From: an uncultured Gemmatimonadales bacterium
GTDB taxonomy: Bacteria > Gemmatimonadota > Gemmatimonadetes > Longimicrobiales > Gaopeijiaceae
Assembly (NCBI GenBank): GCA_963823035.1
Contig: CAWGKG010000018.1
Location: forward strand, 352,001-416,000
Length of the DNA: 64,000 nucleotides
Reading direction: 5' to 3'
The stretch's first letter is position 1, and each line of letters begins with the position of its first letter. This document shows, one piece after another, positions 1 to 10,682 of the stretch. The notes under the pieces were generated by a model. The model was not told the origin of the DNA and made no database searches. It was given only the letters and a program-made list of their open reading frames with translations. The translations under genes and the position numbers were made by a program.

Positions 1-693
1 TGCGGGTCTGCGACGTCCGGGCGCTGGCGGAGCTCGCGCACGGGGTCGGGTGCGCTCCTCTCGGTCGACAACACCTTCGCGTCCCCCTACAACCAGCGGC
101 CCCTCGAGATGGGGGCGGACTTCACCGTCCACTCCTCGACGAAGTACGTGAACGGACACTCCGACGTGATCGGCGGCCTGGTCGCGGTGCGCGACGAGGC
201 GTTGGCCGAGGAGCTCGGCTTCATCCGCAAGTCCACGGGTGCCGTGCCCGGCCCCATGGACTGCTGGCTGACGCTGCGCGGTCTCAAGACGCTTCACGTG
301 CGCATGCGCCAGCACAACGCCAACGGGCTCGCGGTGGCGCGCTGGCTCGAAGCGCACCCGAAGGTGGACCGGGTGCTCTACCCCGGCCTGCCCTCGCACC
401 CGCAGCACGAGCTGGCCGCTCGCCAGATGGGCGGCTTCACCGGGATGGTGTCGGTGGACGTGGGCACCCTGGAGCGGGCGCGCGGCCTCACCGAGCACTG
501 CCGGGTCTTCGCGCTGGCCGAGAGCCTGGGCGGCATCGAGTCGCTCATCAGCGTGCCGGCGCTCATGACGCACGCCTCGGTGCCGGAGGAGCGGCGCGCC
601 CGCATGGGGCTCACGCCCGGGCTGGTGCGCCTCTCGGTCGGGATCGAGGACGAAGCGGACCTCCTGGCGGACCTCGAGCGCGTCCTGGGGTAG
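1..693 (+). CDS. Cystathionine gamma-synthase/lyase family PLP enzyme, 5'-partial (frame break near 50)
   Basis: VDNTFASP, HSSTKYVNGHSD (PLP lysine), AESLGGIESL and VRLSVGIE motifs. The upstream part reads RVCDVRALAELAH in another frame. Confidence 0.9.
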   Translation, partial: CGSATSGRWRSSRTGSGALLSVDNTFASPYNQRPLEMGADFTVHSSTKYVNGHSDVIGGLVAVRDEALAEELGFIRKSTGAVPGPMDCWLTLRGLKTLHVRMRQHNANGLAVARWLEAHPKVDRVLYPGLPSHPQHELAARQMGGFTGMVSVDVGTLERARGLTEHCRVFALAESLGGIESLISVPALMTHASVPEERRARMGLTPGLVRLSVGIEDEADLLADLERVLG

Positions 694-705
694 CAAGCGG
701 AGGCA

Positions 706-733
706 TGAAACCCGGCATTCGGCGCCCGCGTAG
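706..733 (+). promoter_or_regulatory. Putative ECF-sigma promoter TGAAAC-N16-GCGTAG upstream of the M48 peptidase
   Basis: Same motif and spacing as the sites at 8875 and 9671; resembles the SigW/SigM-type TGAAAC...CGTA consensus. Confidence 0.6.
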
Positions 734-796
734 TCAGGGCAAAGAGCTCGCCGGCCCCTGCGCGGCGCGGGGGCAACCACGCAAGAGGATCGGACC

Positions 797-1802
797 ATGG
801 CCGACGATCAGGAACGGACGGACGGAAAGACGGGCGGGGACGCGAAGGCGCGCCGCATCCTGACCGACATCGCACCGCGCTCGTGGGAGCACCCGGCCGA
901 CAGGGCCGCGCTCGAGGCGCTACGGCGCATCCCGGTCTTCGACGAGGTGCTCAAGAAGCTCTTCGGCTTCTTCGGCGAGAAGCCGGTGCGCCTCGCCTTC
1001 CAGGCGAACGCGGTCCGGGTGAGCTCCAAGCAGTTCCCCCGCCTGCAGGGGCTCTACGACGACGTGCTCAAGACCCTCGACGCGCCGAAGCACTACCCCC
1101 TCTTCGTCTCGCAGACCCCGATCGTGAACGCGGGCGCGTGGGGGATGGACGAACCGTTCATCGTGCTCAACTCCGGGACCGTCGGCGCTCCTGGACGACC
1201 GGCAGCTCGCGTACATCATGGGGCACGAGCTCGGGCACATCCTGAGCGACCACGTGCTGTACAAGACGATGACCGCCTTGCTCCTCCAGCTCGCGCAGAT
1301 GGGCTTCCCGCTCGTCGGGCTCGCGGCACGGGCGGTGCTGGTGGCGCTCCTCGAGTGGTCGCGCAAGAGCGAGCTCTCCTGCGACCGGGCCGGTCTGCTC
1401 TGCGTTCAGGATCCCGAGGTCGTCATGCGCACGATGCTCAAGATGGCCGGCGGCGGTGAGGACGAGGAGACCAACCTGCAGGAGTTCATCGTCCAGGCCG
1501 AGGAGTACCGGGCCGGCGGCGACGTGGCCGACCAGGTCTTCAAGATCCTCAACCTCATCGGCTCGACGCACCCCTTCTGGACGCTGCGGGTCAGCGAGTT
1601 GCGGGCCTGGATCGAGACCGGTGACTACGACCGCATCGTCCGCGGCGAGTATCCCCGTCGCGGGGAGCCGAACCCGGCCTATCAGGAAGACCTGCGCGAG
1701 GCCGCGGGCGCCTACGCGGAGGGCGCGCGCGACTTCCTCGACACCATGACCGCCGCGGCCAGGAAGATGGGCGAGACGTTCATGGGCGGCATGAAGCGCT
1801 GA
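797..1802 (+). CDS. M48 family zinc metallopeptidase (+1 frame break near 1185)
   Basis: ORFs 797..1459 and 1218..1802 join. Motifs NAGAWG, HELGH, ELSCDRAG and THP...R. Confidence 0.85.
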
Positions 1803-1825
1803 CGCCGCCTTCGGGCCGTCATCGG

Positions 1826-1869
1826 GGGGCGTCCGGGCGGGTAGCCCGGGCGCCCCTCTTCCTTATCTT
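1826..1869 (+). terminator. Putative intrinsic terminator
   Basis: 13-bp GC stem ggggcgtccgggc/gcccgggcgcccc followed by the pyrimidine tract tcttccttatctt. Confidence 0.45.
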
Positions 1870-1875
1870 GAGCGG

Positions 1876-3167
1876 ATGCGCATCCTCATCGTAGGCAACG
1901 GCGGGCGGGAGCACGCCCTTCTCTGGAAGCTCCGGCGCGACGCCCCCGGAGCCGAGTTCTTCGCGACGCGACCGAACGGCGGGATGGCCGCGCTCTGCCA
2001 GCCGCTCCCCATCGCGCCCACCGACGTCGAGGCTCTCTCCGGGTGGGCGGCCGCGCAGCGGATCGACCTGACGGTCGTCGGCCCCGAGGCCCCCCTCGCC
2101 GTCGGGGATCGTGGATCGGTTCGTGGCCAAGGGCCTGCCCGTCTTCGGGCCCACCCGGGACGCGGCCCGCATCGAGTCGAGCAAGGTGTACGCGAAGGAC
2201 CTCATGCGCGGCGCCGGCGTCCCGACCGCGGAGTACCGGACCTTCCGTGACCAGGCGGGCGCCGAGGCGTGGGTGCGCGAGCACGGCGCGCCGGTCGTGG
2301 TGAAGGCGTCCGGGCTGGCGGCGGGCAAGGGCGCGGTGGTGTGCGCAACCGTCGACGAGGCGCTCGAGGCGATCGCCTCGATGATGGGCGACCTGGCCTT
2401 CGGAGAGGCCGGCCGCGAGGTGGTGATCGAGGACTGCCTCGAGGGCGAGGAGCTGTCGATCTTCGCCGTCGCGGACGGCGAGCGGGCCCTGCTGCTCCTC
2501 CCCTCCCAGGACCACAAGCGCGTCGGAGAGGGGGACACCGGCCCGAACACGGGCGGGATGGGTGCCTACGCACCCGTGTCGATCGCCACTCCGGAGGTGC
2601 TGGCCGAGGCGCGCGACCGCGTGTTCGCGCCTACCCTGCGCGCGATGGCCGCGGACGGATGCCCCTTCCGCGGCCTGCTCTACGCCGGCCTGATGAAGAC
2701 GGCGGACGGGCTGTCGGTGATCGAGTTCAACGGCCGCTTCGGCGACCCGGAGACGCAGGCCGTGCTCCCGCTCATGGCGTCTTCCCTGCTCGATCTGCTC
2801 GCCACCGTCGCCGAGGGCGGGAGCCTGGCCGGGCGCAGCGTGCGCTGGAGCGAGGCCTCCGCGGTGACGACCGTGCTGGCCTCCGCCGGCTATCCGGGAA
2901 GCTACGAGAAGGGGAAGCCGATCCGCATCCCGGGCGGGCTCGAGGGGGAAGGGCTGACCGTGTTCCATGCGGGCACCCGGCGCGACGGCGACGACCTCGT
3001 CACCGCAGGCGGCCGCGTCCTCGCGGTCACGGCGCTCGGCTCGACCTTCCCGGAGGCGGCGGATCGCAGCCGCGAGGGGGCCGCCGCGATCGACTTCGAG
3101 GGGGCCTTCTACCGCGGCGACATCGGCTGGCGCGAGCGCGCGCGTACGCCCGGCCCCGACACCCTGA
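1876..3167 (+). CDS. purD: Phosphoribosylamine--glycine ligase (frame break near 2105; 3' end approximate, probable second break near 3150)
   Basis: MRILIVGNGGREHAL, VVGPEAPL, KASGLAAGKG, QDHKR...GPNTGGMGAY, RFGDPETQ and YRGDIG motifs. Confidence 0.95.
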
Positions 3168-3185
3168 GCCCACCTCCGACAGCCC

Positions 3186-4025
3186 ATGCCCGAGCTGCCC
3201 GAGGCCGAGACGATCGTCCGGGGTCTGCGCCGCACCGTGGTGGGCGAGCGCATCCGCCGCGTCGAGGTCGTGCACGCCGACGTGCTGCGCCAATCCCGGA
3301 GGGCGCTCGGCTCCATGCTGCGCGAGCGCACCATCGCCTCCGTGGGGCGACGCGGGAAGAACGTGATCGTGAAGCTCGACGGGGGCCGGGTCCTCGCCGT
3401 GAACCTGGGGATGACCGGCCGTCTCCTCCCCTTCCCCACGCCTCCGCGCGGCGCCGCACGGCCGACGCACCCGGCGGTGCGGCTGCGCTTCGCGTCCGGC
3501 GGCGTCCTGGTCTTCGACGACCAGCGACGGTTCGGGACGTTCGAGGCGTTGGACGCCGACGCCTGGGCGCTCCGCTCGGAGCGAATGGGCCCCGAGCCCC
3601 TCGAGCGGGGCTTCACGCCGAAGCGCCTGCACCGCGGCCTGCAGGGCTCGCGCTCGCCCGTCCGGTCATGGCTCCTCGACCAGCGTCGTATTGCAGGTGT
3701 CGGGAACATCTACGCGGCCGAGGCGCTCTACCACGCGGGCGTCGATCCCAGACGTCCGGCCAACGGGGTGTCACCGGAGGAGGCCGTGCGCCTGCACGGC
3801 GCCCTCCGGTCCGTGCTGCGCCACGCAATCCAGGACGGCGGAACCACCATCCGTGACTATCGCAACGCAGAAGGCGGCGAAGGCGCCTACGGCCGCCGAC
3901 TCCACGTCTACGGCCGCGAGGGCGAGGCCTGCGACCGGTGCGGCTCCACGATCCGCCGCGTCGTGCTCTCCAACCGGTCGGCGTTCTTCTGCCCGACCTG
4001 CCAGCCACCGGGGGATGCTCCCTGA
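3186..4025 (+). CDS. mutM: Formamidopyrimidine-DNA glycosylase/AP lyase
   Basis: N-terminal MPELPE, RRGK, GVGNIYA, and C-terminal zinc finger CDRC...CPTCQ. Confidence 0.95.
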   Translation: MPELPEAETIVRGLRRTVVGERIRRVEVVHADVLRQSRRALGSMLRERTIASVGRRGKNVIVKLDGGRVLAVNLGMTGRLLPFPTPPRGAARPTHPAVRLRFASGGVLVFDDQRRFGTFEALDADAWALRSERMGPEPLERGFTPKRLHRGLQGSRSPVRSWLLDQRRIAGVGNIYAAEALYHAGVDPRRPANGVSPEEAVRLHGALRSVLRHAIQDGGTTIRDYRNAEGGEGAYGRRLHVYGREGEACDRCGSTIRRVVLSNRSAFFCPTCQPPGDAP

Positions 4026-5530
4026 CGCCCCCCGGGGCGCGCGCGCGCTCCGGGGGATCGTCCTGCTCGGCCTCCTCCTCGCGCCCTCGCCGCTCCGGGC
4101 TCAGGGACGTACGCCCGGCGAGCGGCTCCCGGTGCGCGAGAAGACCCTTCCCAACGGGATGCACTTCATGGCGCTCGAGCGGAAGGGTGCGCCGACCGTC
4201 GCGTTCGTGGTGCAATACGACGTCGGCAGCGTGCAGGAGCACCTGGGAAATACCGGCACGGCGCATCTCCTCGAGCACCTCCTCTTCAAGGGCACGACCA
4301 CCGTGGGCACGCGTGACGTCGACGCGGAGAGGGCGCTGTTCGACCTCATGGACGCGGCACAGGACTCGATCGTGCTCGCCCGGGCCGCCGGCGACAGCGC
4401 GGACGTCGCGCGGCTCGACGGACGCATCGAGGTGCTGGAGGACTCGGCCCGCACGTACGTCGTGCCCAACGAGTTCGACCGCATCCTGACGCGCGCCGGC
4501 GCGCAGGGGCTCAACGCCACCACCACGAACGAGTCCACCACGTACTTCGTGGAGCTACCGGCCAACCGGGCGGAGCTGTGGTTCGCGATGGAGGGAGACC
4601 GGATGGCGCACCCGGTCTTCCGCGAGTTCTACACGGAGCGGGACGTGGTCATGGAGGAGAGGCGCCTCCGCATCGAGACGAGCCCCGGCGGGCTGCTCTA
4701 CGAGAACCACCTGGCGGAGGCCTTCACGATGCACCCCTACGGCGTCCCCCCGGTCGGCTACATGTCCGACCTGGAGAACCTCGGCCGCCGGGAGGTGGAG
4801 GACTACTACCGACGCTACTACGGCCCGAACAACGCGAGCGTGGTCGTGGTGGGCGACATCGACGCCGGCCAGGCCGTGCGCTGGGCCGAGCACTACTTCG
4901 CCCCGATCCCGCGCGGCGAGGAGCCGCCGCCGGTGCTGGCGCGCGAGCCCGAGCAGCGCGGCGAGCGGCGCATCGAGCATCGTCTGGGACGCCGAGCCGT
5001 CGCTGCGCATCGGATGGCACGTGCCCGCGGCCCTCGACCCCGACGCGCCGGCGCTCACGATGCTCACGTCGCTCCTGACCGGTGGACGGACCTCGCGCCT
5101 CTACCATCGCCTCGTCCAGGAGGATCGGTCGGCCGCGTCCGTGTTCTCCTCGATGGGCCCGGGCGAGAAGTACCCGCAGCTCTTCCAGATCGACGCGACG
5201 CCGGTTTCGCCGCACACGACCCTCGAGGTGGAGGCGGCGATCTACGAGGAGATCGACCGCTTGGCGGCGGAAGGCCCCACCGAGCGGGAGCTCGTGCGCG
5301 TGCGCAATCAGGTGGAGGCGGGCAACGTGCGGCGGCTGCAGTCGAACCTCGGGCTCGCCTTCCAGATCGCCGCGTCGGCCACACTCACCGGGGATTGGCG
5401 CGACACCTTCCGCCTCTCCGAGCGCATCCGCGAGGTCACCGCGGAGGACGTGCGCCGGGTGGCGGCGAAGTACCTGACCCAGCGGAACCGCACGGTGGCG
5501 ACGCTGCGCCGTGAGGAGCCCACGTCGTGA
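4015..5530 (+). CDS. M16 (pitrilysin) family zinc peptidase, active subunit, secreted (+1 break near 4980)
   Basis: Signal peptide, LPNG, inverted HLLEH zinc motif, NATT, ERDVVMEERR. The C-terminus continues in ORF 5021..5530. Confidence 0.88.
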
Positions 5531-6972
5531 GGCGCGCTGCCTGGATGCTGGGCTTCGTCCTCCTGGCCGGCGTGGCCGCCGCCCCGGCGTCCGCGCAGGA
5601 GAGCGGGAGGGCCGTGGTGGACAAGCTCCGCTTCCCGCCGCTTCGCTTCGACGCCCCGGCGCCCGAGATGCACGAGGTGGAGGGCGTGCGCGTCCTCTTC
5701 CTGGAGGACCATGCCGTTCCCCTCGTGACCCTCTTCGCGCGCTTCAGGGGAGGGTACAGCCTCTTCGACCGGAGCCTGTACGCGGCCGCCTCCGCCCTTC
5801 CGGCGTTGCTCCGCTACGGGGGCACCACGACGCTGTCTCCGGACTCCGTCGACGAAGCGCTCGAGTACTACGCTCTCCAGACCAGCTTCGGCGGGGGTGG
5901 CGAGACGGTGTTCAGCAGCATGAACACCCTCACGGAGCATCTCGGGCCCGGGCTCGATCTCTGGTTCGACATGCTGCGCAACCCGCGGTTCGACTCGGCG
6001 CAGGTCGAGGTATGGCGCGGCCGCGAGCTGGAGAGCGTGCGCCGCCGCCCCGACGACCCGCAGCGGCTCGCCTTCTCGCAGTTCAACCGACTCATGTACG
6101 GAGACCACCCGGTGGGGTGGGAGATGGCCCCGGGGGATCTGGAACCCGAGGATCTCACATCTACGATCCTACATGAGATGCAGAATCGTATCTTGTGTCC
6201 CGACAATCTCATAATCGGCGTCACAGGAGACGTGACATGGCCCGAGATCGAGGGCCGGCTCCGACGTGAGCTGCGCGGATGGCGCCCCTGTGCCGGCACG
6301 CTTCCCGAATACCCCGAGCCGCACATCCGCGCCAAGCCGGGCGTCTTCCTCATCCCCAGGGATCTGGAGCAGAGCATCCTGGTGATGGCGCACCCCACCG
6401 ACGTCCATCTCGGCGACGGCCGCCGCTACTTCGCGGCTCAGATCGGCAACTCGATCCTGGGCAGTGGCGGCTTCAACTCCCGCATCATGGCGCGCGTGCG
6501 CACCGAGGAGGGCTACGCCTACTCGGCCAGCTCGATCTGGACGATGCCCCGCCGCTACCAGGGGATCGTCGGAGCCGTGACGCGCACCCGCCCCGAGAAC
6601 ACCGTGCCCGCTCTCGAAACGATCCTGGACATCATGAAGGAGATGAGCCGGGACGACCCCACGAGCGAGGAGGTGGGCACCGCCGTCGACCAGATCGTGA
6701 ACGGCTTCGTCTTCAATTTCGAGACGCTGGCGCAGATCGTGTCGCGGCGGATGTTCTACCTGGCACAGGAGCTTCCGGACGATTGGCTCGAGCAGTACGT
6801 GAGCGGCGTCGAAGGGGTCACGCCCGCCTCGGTCCACGGCGTCCTTCGCGAGAACCTCCGTCCCGACGATATGATCATCCTGGTCGTGGGTGACCCGGAA
6901 CGGATCGGGCGCGAGGCACTCGAGCGTCTCGGACCCGTCACCGTGCTCGATCCCTCGGCCGCCCCCGGTTGA
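5527..6972 (+). CDS. M16 peptidase-like partner subunit lacking HxxEH
   Basis: Signal peptide, [20 protein letters not shown] (R/Y pair), and 4-nt overlap with the upstream M16 gene. Confidence 0.85.
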   Translation: MRRAAWMLGFVLLAGVAAAPASAQESGRAVVDKLRFPPLRFDAPAPEMHEVEGVRVLFLEDHAVPLVTLFARFRGGYSLFDRSLYAAASALPALLRYGGTTTLSPDSVDEALEYYALQTSFGGGGETVFSSMNTLTEHLGPGLDLWFDMLRNPRFDSAQVEVWRGRELESVRRRPDDPQRLAFSQFNRLMYGDHPVGWEMAPGDLEPEDLTSTILHEMQNRILCPDNLIIGVTGDVTWPEIEGRLRRELRGWRPCAGTLPEYPEPHIRAKPGVFLIPRDLEQSILVMAHPTDVHLGDGRRYFAAQIGNSILGSGGFNSRIMARVRTEEGYAYSASSIWTMPRRYQGIVGAVTRTRPENTVPALETILDIMKEMSRDDPTSEEVGTAVDQIVNGFVFNFETLAQIVSRRMFYLAQELPDDWLEQYVSGVEGVTPASVHGVLRENLRPDDMIILVVGDPERIGREALERLGPVTVLDPSAAPG

Positions 6973-6982
6973 CCCCCTGACC

Positions 6983-7041
6983 TCCCAACCCGCCCAGGAG
7001 CGAAGCATGTCCCAACCTGCCCAGGAACGAACCCAGGAGCG
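6983..7041 (+). repeat. 22-bp imperfect direct repeat spanning the cysK start, plus a partial third copy
   Basis: TCCCAACCCGCCCAGGAGCGAA (6983-7004) versus TCCCAACCTGCCCAGGAACGAA (7010-7031); CCCAGGAGCG again at 7032-7041. Confidence 0.7.
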
Positions 7042-8002
7042 CGGCACCACCCATCGGCCGGGCCGCGGCCGCGTGTACGAAGGCATCCTGCAGACCATCG
7101 GCGACACGCCCCTCGTTCGCGCCCCCAAGCTCTCCACGCTACACGGGGCGCGCGCGGACGTCCTCCTCAAGCTCGAGTTCTTCAACCCGGCGGCCAGCGT
7201 GAAGGACCGCATCGGCATGGCGATGATCGAGGGCCTGGAGGCCGACGGAACCCTGAAGCCCGGTTCCACCGTGGTCGAGCCGACCTCGGGAAACACCGGC
7301 ATCGCGCTCGCCATGGTGTGCGCCCAGCGCGGCTACCGCTGCGTGCTCACGATGCCGGAGACGATGTCGATCGAGCGGCGCAAGATGCTGGCGCTCCTCG
7401 GAGCGGAGCTGCACCTCACGCCGAAGGAACAGGGCATCAACGGTGCCCTGGCCAAGGCGGACGAGCTTCTCGCGGAGATCCCGGGCGCCGTGCGCGCCGG
7501 CCAGTTCACGAACCCCGCCAACCCGGAGATCCACCGGCGCACCACCGCCGAGGAGATCTGGAACGACACCGACGGAGCCGTGGACGCCGTGGTCTCGGGC
7601 GTGGGCACCGGCGGGACCATCACCGGCTGCGGCCAGGTGCTGAGGAAGCGCAAGCCGGGACTGCGGATGATCGCGGTCGAGCCCGAGGTGAGCCCGGTGC
7701 TCTCCGGGGGTGAGCCGGGCCCCGGCAACATGATCCAGGGGATCGGGGCCGGCTTCATCCCCGAGATCCTCGACACGGACGTCATCGACGAGGTGGTCAC
7801 CGTCTCCAACCAGGAGTCGATCGACATGGCGCGGGAGGCCGCGCGCGTCGAGGGCATCCCCTGCGGCATCTCGTCCGGAGCCGCGCTGGCGGCGGGCTAT
7901 CGGGTCGCGAAGCGGCCCGAGATGGAGGGCAAGACGATCGTCGTGGTGCTGCCGTCGTTCGCCGAGCGCTACATCTCGACGGTGCTGTTCGAGGGGATCT
8001 GA
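7007..8002 (+). CDS. cysK: Cysteine synthase A
   Basis: [45 protein letters not shown] and ERYIST motifs; AGGAG RBS before ATG 7007. Confidence 0.95.
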   Translation: MSQPAQERTQERGTTHRPGRGRVYEGILQTIGDTPLVRAPKLSTLHGARADVLLKLEFFNPAASVKDRIGMAMIEGLEADGTLKPGSTVVEPTSGNTGIALAMVCAQRGYRCVLTMPETMSIERRKMLALLGAELHLTPKEQGINGALAKADELLAEIPGAVRAGQFTNPANPEIHRRTTAEEIWNDTDGAVDAVVSGVGTGGTITGCGQVLRKRKPGLRMIAVEPEVSPVLSGGEPGPGNMIQGIGAGFIPEILDTDVIDEVVTVSNQESIDMAREAARVEGIPCGISSGAALAAGYRVAKRPEMEGKTIVVVLPSFAERYISTVLFEGI

Positions 8003-8012
8003 GCGGGTCGCG

Positions 8013-8771
8013 TCAGCTCCGCGTGCCCCAGTGCAGGGCCGCGATCCCGAAGCTGAGCAGCCGGTACCCCGGCTCGTCGAAGCCCGCGTCCCCGAAGAGG
8101 TCGCGGAGCGCTTCCGGGCCGGGGAACTCCTTCACCGACTCCGGGAGGTACGTGTACGCCCACGGGTGACCGGAGACCACGCGCCCCACCACGGGCAGCA
8201 CGCGGTGGAAATAGAAGTGGTAGCCGGCGCGGACCACGGGGTTGGGCGGCGTCGTGAACTCGAGGACGACGAGGCGGGCGCCCGGCCGCAGCACCCGCCG
8301 CAGCTCGACCAGACCGCGCGCCACGTCCGAGAGGTTGCGCACGCCGAAGCCGACGGTGGCGCCCTCGAAGGTGCCGTCGTCGAAGGGCAGCCGAAGAGAG
8401 TCCCCGCACACGGCCGAGACGGGGGCACCCGCCAGCTTCGGTGCGCCGGTCGCCAGCATCGGGTGCGCGAAGTCCGAAGCGACCACCCGGCCTCGGAACG
8501 CCCGGCGCGCCGCCAACTCGAGCGCGAGGTCGAACGTACCGGCGCACGCGTCGAGGAAGAGCCCGTCGGCCGCCCGCTCCCATCGCAGCAGATCCACGGC
8601 CCGGCGGCGCCACCGCCGGTCGATGTTCATGCTCAGGACGTGGTTCAGCAGGTCGTAGCGCGGGGCGATCTCCGAGAAGATGCGCTGGACCTGCACCTCG
8701 CGCGCCACACCTTCCTTCGGCGCGGCCGCGTCGGCGTTTCGGGGGGTCGGCGCTCTCCCGGGGGACGGCAT
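8013..8771 (-). CDS. UbiE/MenG family quinone biosynthesis C-methyltransferase
   Basis: FSEIAPRYDLLNHVLS, WRR, FGVRN, LRPGARLVVLEF and AYTYLPESV motifs. Start uncertain (8771-8822). Confidence 0.9.
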   Translation of the reverse strand: MPSPGRAPTPRNADAAAPKEGVAREVQVQRIFSEIAPRYDLLNHVLSMNIDRRWRRRAVDLLRWERAADGLFLDACAGTFDLALELAARRAFRGRVVASDFAHPMLATGAPKLAGAPVSAVCGDSLRLPFDDGTFEGATVGFGVRNLSDVARGLVELRRVLRPGARLVVLEFTTPPNPVVRAGYHFYFHRVLPVVGRVVSGHPWAYTYLPESVKEFPGPEALRDLFGDAGFDEPGYRLLSFGIAALHWGTRS

Positions 8772-8874
8772 GACAGGCGTGCCTCTGCGGCATAGGTTAC
8801 CAGCGCCCCCAGGCGCCACCACACTCGGGGGGCCGAAAGCTACGGGAAGCGGTGGGGGGTCTCAACGGCCGGCG

Positions 8875-8902
8875 CGAAACACGGAAACCGCCGCATGCGT
8901 AG
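8875..8902 (+). promoter_or_regulatory. Putative autoregulatory ECF promoter CGAAAC-N16-GCGTAG
   Basis: Lies immediately upstream of the ECF sigma ATG (8912); same motif and spacing as 706 and 9671. Confidence 0.6.
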
Positions 8903-8911
8903 GGCGCCACG

Positions 8912-9583
8912 ATGCCCTCCGACGCCGCTTCCCTGACCGGTGCCACCATCCGGTGGCCGACGCAACCTCGGCCGGACGCGACTGCGCTGCCCCCTCTGGA
9001 TTACGCCCGACTGGACGACCGGGAGCTCGCCACGCTCGCGGCCGGCGGCCGCGAGCGGGCGTTCCGCGAGCTCCTCGAGCGATACGAGCGCCCCGTCTTC
9101 TCGCTCATCTACCGCATGGTCCGGGACCGCACGCTGGCGGAGGACCTCGCCCAGGAAGCCTTCATCCGGGCCTTCAACGCGATCGGCACCTACAACACGG
9201 CCTACAAGTTCAGCAACTGGATCTTCAAGATCGCGAACAACCACACGATCGATCATCTCCGCAAGCGCAAGCTCGACACCGTGTCGATCCACGGTTCCCC
9301 GCACGCGACCACGCAGGACGAGGTGAGCCAGACCCGCCTGGTCGTGGAGTCCGAGGACGAGAACCCCCAGCAACTGCTGGAGCACCGGGAGCTGGGGAGC
9401 CAGATCGAGGCCGCGATCGGGGAGCTGCGCACGGAGTACCGCACCGTGATCCTCCTCCGCCACGTGGAGGGCTACGCCTACGACGAGATCGCCGAGATCA
9501 TGGACCTTCCGCTCGGCACCGTGAAGACGTACCTGCACCGTGCCCGGAACGAGCTGAAGAAAAAGCTCGAGGGCGTCGCATGA
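8912..9583 (+). CDS. ECF-type RNA polymerase sigma factor (SigW/RpoE-like)
   Basis: Region 2 AEDLAQEAFIRAF...FSNWIFKIANN; region 4 YDEIAEIMDLPLGTVKTYLHRAR. Confidence 0.93.
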   Translation: MPSDAASLTGATIRWPTQPRPDATALPPLDYARLDDRELATLAAGGRERAFRELLERYERPVFSLIYRMVRDRTLAEDLAQEAFIRAFNAIGTYNTAYKFSNWIFKIANNHTIDHLRKRKLDTVSIHGSPHATTQDEVSQTRLVVESEDENPQQLLEHRELGSQIEAAIGELRTEYRTVILLRHVEGYAYDEIAEIMDLPLGTVKTYLHRARNELKKKLEGVA

Positions 9584-9670
9584 GCGGGCGGACGCGAAAG
9601 TGCCGATCGTCGTTGTTCCGTGCGGCGGAGCCGGGCACGGCGAGCCCGTGTCACGGCAAGGCGTTTTTCG

Positions 9671-9698
9671 TGAAACCCTCCCCGCGAAGACCGCGTAG
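9671..9698 (+). promoter_or_regulatory. Putative ECF promoter TGAAAC-N16-GCGTAG upstream of the anti-sigma gene
   Basis: Motif repeated with identical spacing; followed by GGAG RBS and GTG 9732. Confidence 0.65.
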
Positions 9699-9731
9699 GG
9701 GCAAGAGGAAAGACCCTTCAGGAGTTCGACC

Positions 9732-10682
9732 GTGAACGACATCCATTTCCACGAGCATCTGAGCGCCGAAGCCGTACAGGCGCTCCTCGACGGTGCGCTC
9801 TCCCCTGCGGAGCGCGCCCGTGCCGAGGAGCACGTGGCTTCCTGCGCCCGGTGCGCGTCGGAGATCGATGGTTGGCGGGACGTCTTCGAGGATCTCGAGG
9901 ACCTGCCGACGCTCGCGCCGGCCGCAGGCTTCGCCGATCGGGTCGTGGCCGGCATCGAGGCGCCCGAGCAGCTCCCGTGGGCGGCCCGGGCGCGCGCGGC
10001 GCTCGCCGCCCGCCTCGCTCCCGACTCCGGCCACGCCGACGACGGCCGCCTCCAGGATCTGGCCGCGGGCGTCCTCGCGGCCCGGCAGGAGACCCGGCTG
10101 CGCTCCCACCTGGACGGCTGCGCCGCGTGCGCATCGCGCGCCGAGAGTTGGCGTACGGTCCTGGGCCACCTCGATCGACTCGATCGCTTCGCGCCCTCCG
10201 AGGACTTCGCCGCCCGCGTCATGGCCGAGGTCCACGTGTCGGTGCCCGCGACGGCCCCGGCTCGCGTCCCGGAATGGCGCAGGATGCTGGCCCGGGCGCG
10301 CCGCCTCGTGCCGCAGTCGCGCCGGGCCTGGGCAGCGATCTCCGGGGTGGCGGTCACCCCCGCGGCGACGCTCGGGCTCGTGCTGTGGACGGTCTTCACG
10401 CACCCCGCGATCACGCCGGCAGGGCTGGCGTCCTTCGCGTGGTGGAAGGCGTCGGAGCTCGCAGGGCTCGCCTGGGCGGCCGCGACGTCCCGCGCGATGC
10501 AGAGCACCGAGATCTTCGGATTGTTCTCGTGGATTCGGTCCCTGGCCCTCACGCCCACCGCTCTGGTGGCAGCCTTCCTCGTCTTCTCGGCGGGGACGGT
10601 GGTCGCGGCCTGGGTCCTCTACAGGAATCTCCTCAACACGCACCCGGTGGATGCTGGTTATGGGCACGCTTCGCTCTCGTAG
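9732..10682 (+). CDS. Membrane-anchored anti-sigma factor with two zf-HC2 (ZAS) domains
   Basis: H...HVASCARC and H...HLDGCAAC repeats, hydrophobic C-terminal helices, directly downstream of the ECF sigma. Confidence 0.85.
   Translation: MNDIHFHEHLSAEAVQALLDGALSPAERARAEEHVASCARCASEIDGWRDVFEDLEDLPTLAPAAGFADRVVAGIEAPEQLPWAARARAALAARLAPDSGHADDGRLQDLAAGVLAARQETRLRSHLDGCAACASRAESWRTVLGHLDRLDRFAPSEDFAARVMAEVHVSVPATAPARVPEWRRMLARARRLVPQSRRAWAAISGVAVTPAATLGLVLWTVFTHPAITPAGLASFAWWKASELAGLAWAAATSRAMQSTEIFGLFSWIRSLALTPTALVAAFLVFSAGTVVAAWVLYRNLLNTHPVDAGYGHASLS

Noticed and set aside
2111..3856. Apparent PurD with a long C-terminal extension
   Set aside because: The extension is an off-frame read through mutM; PurD similarity ends near 3140.
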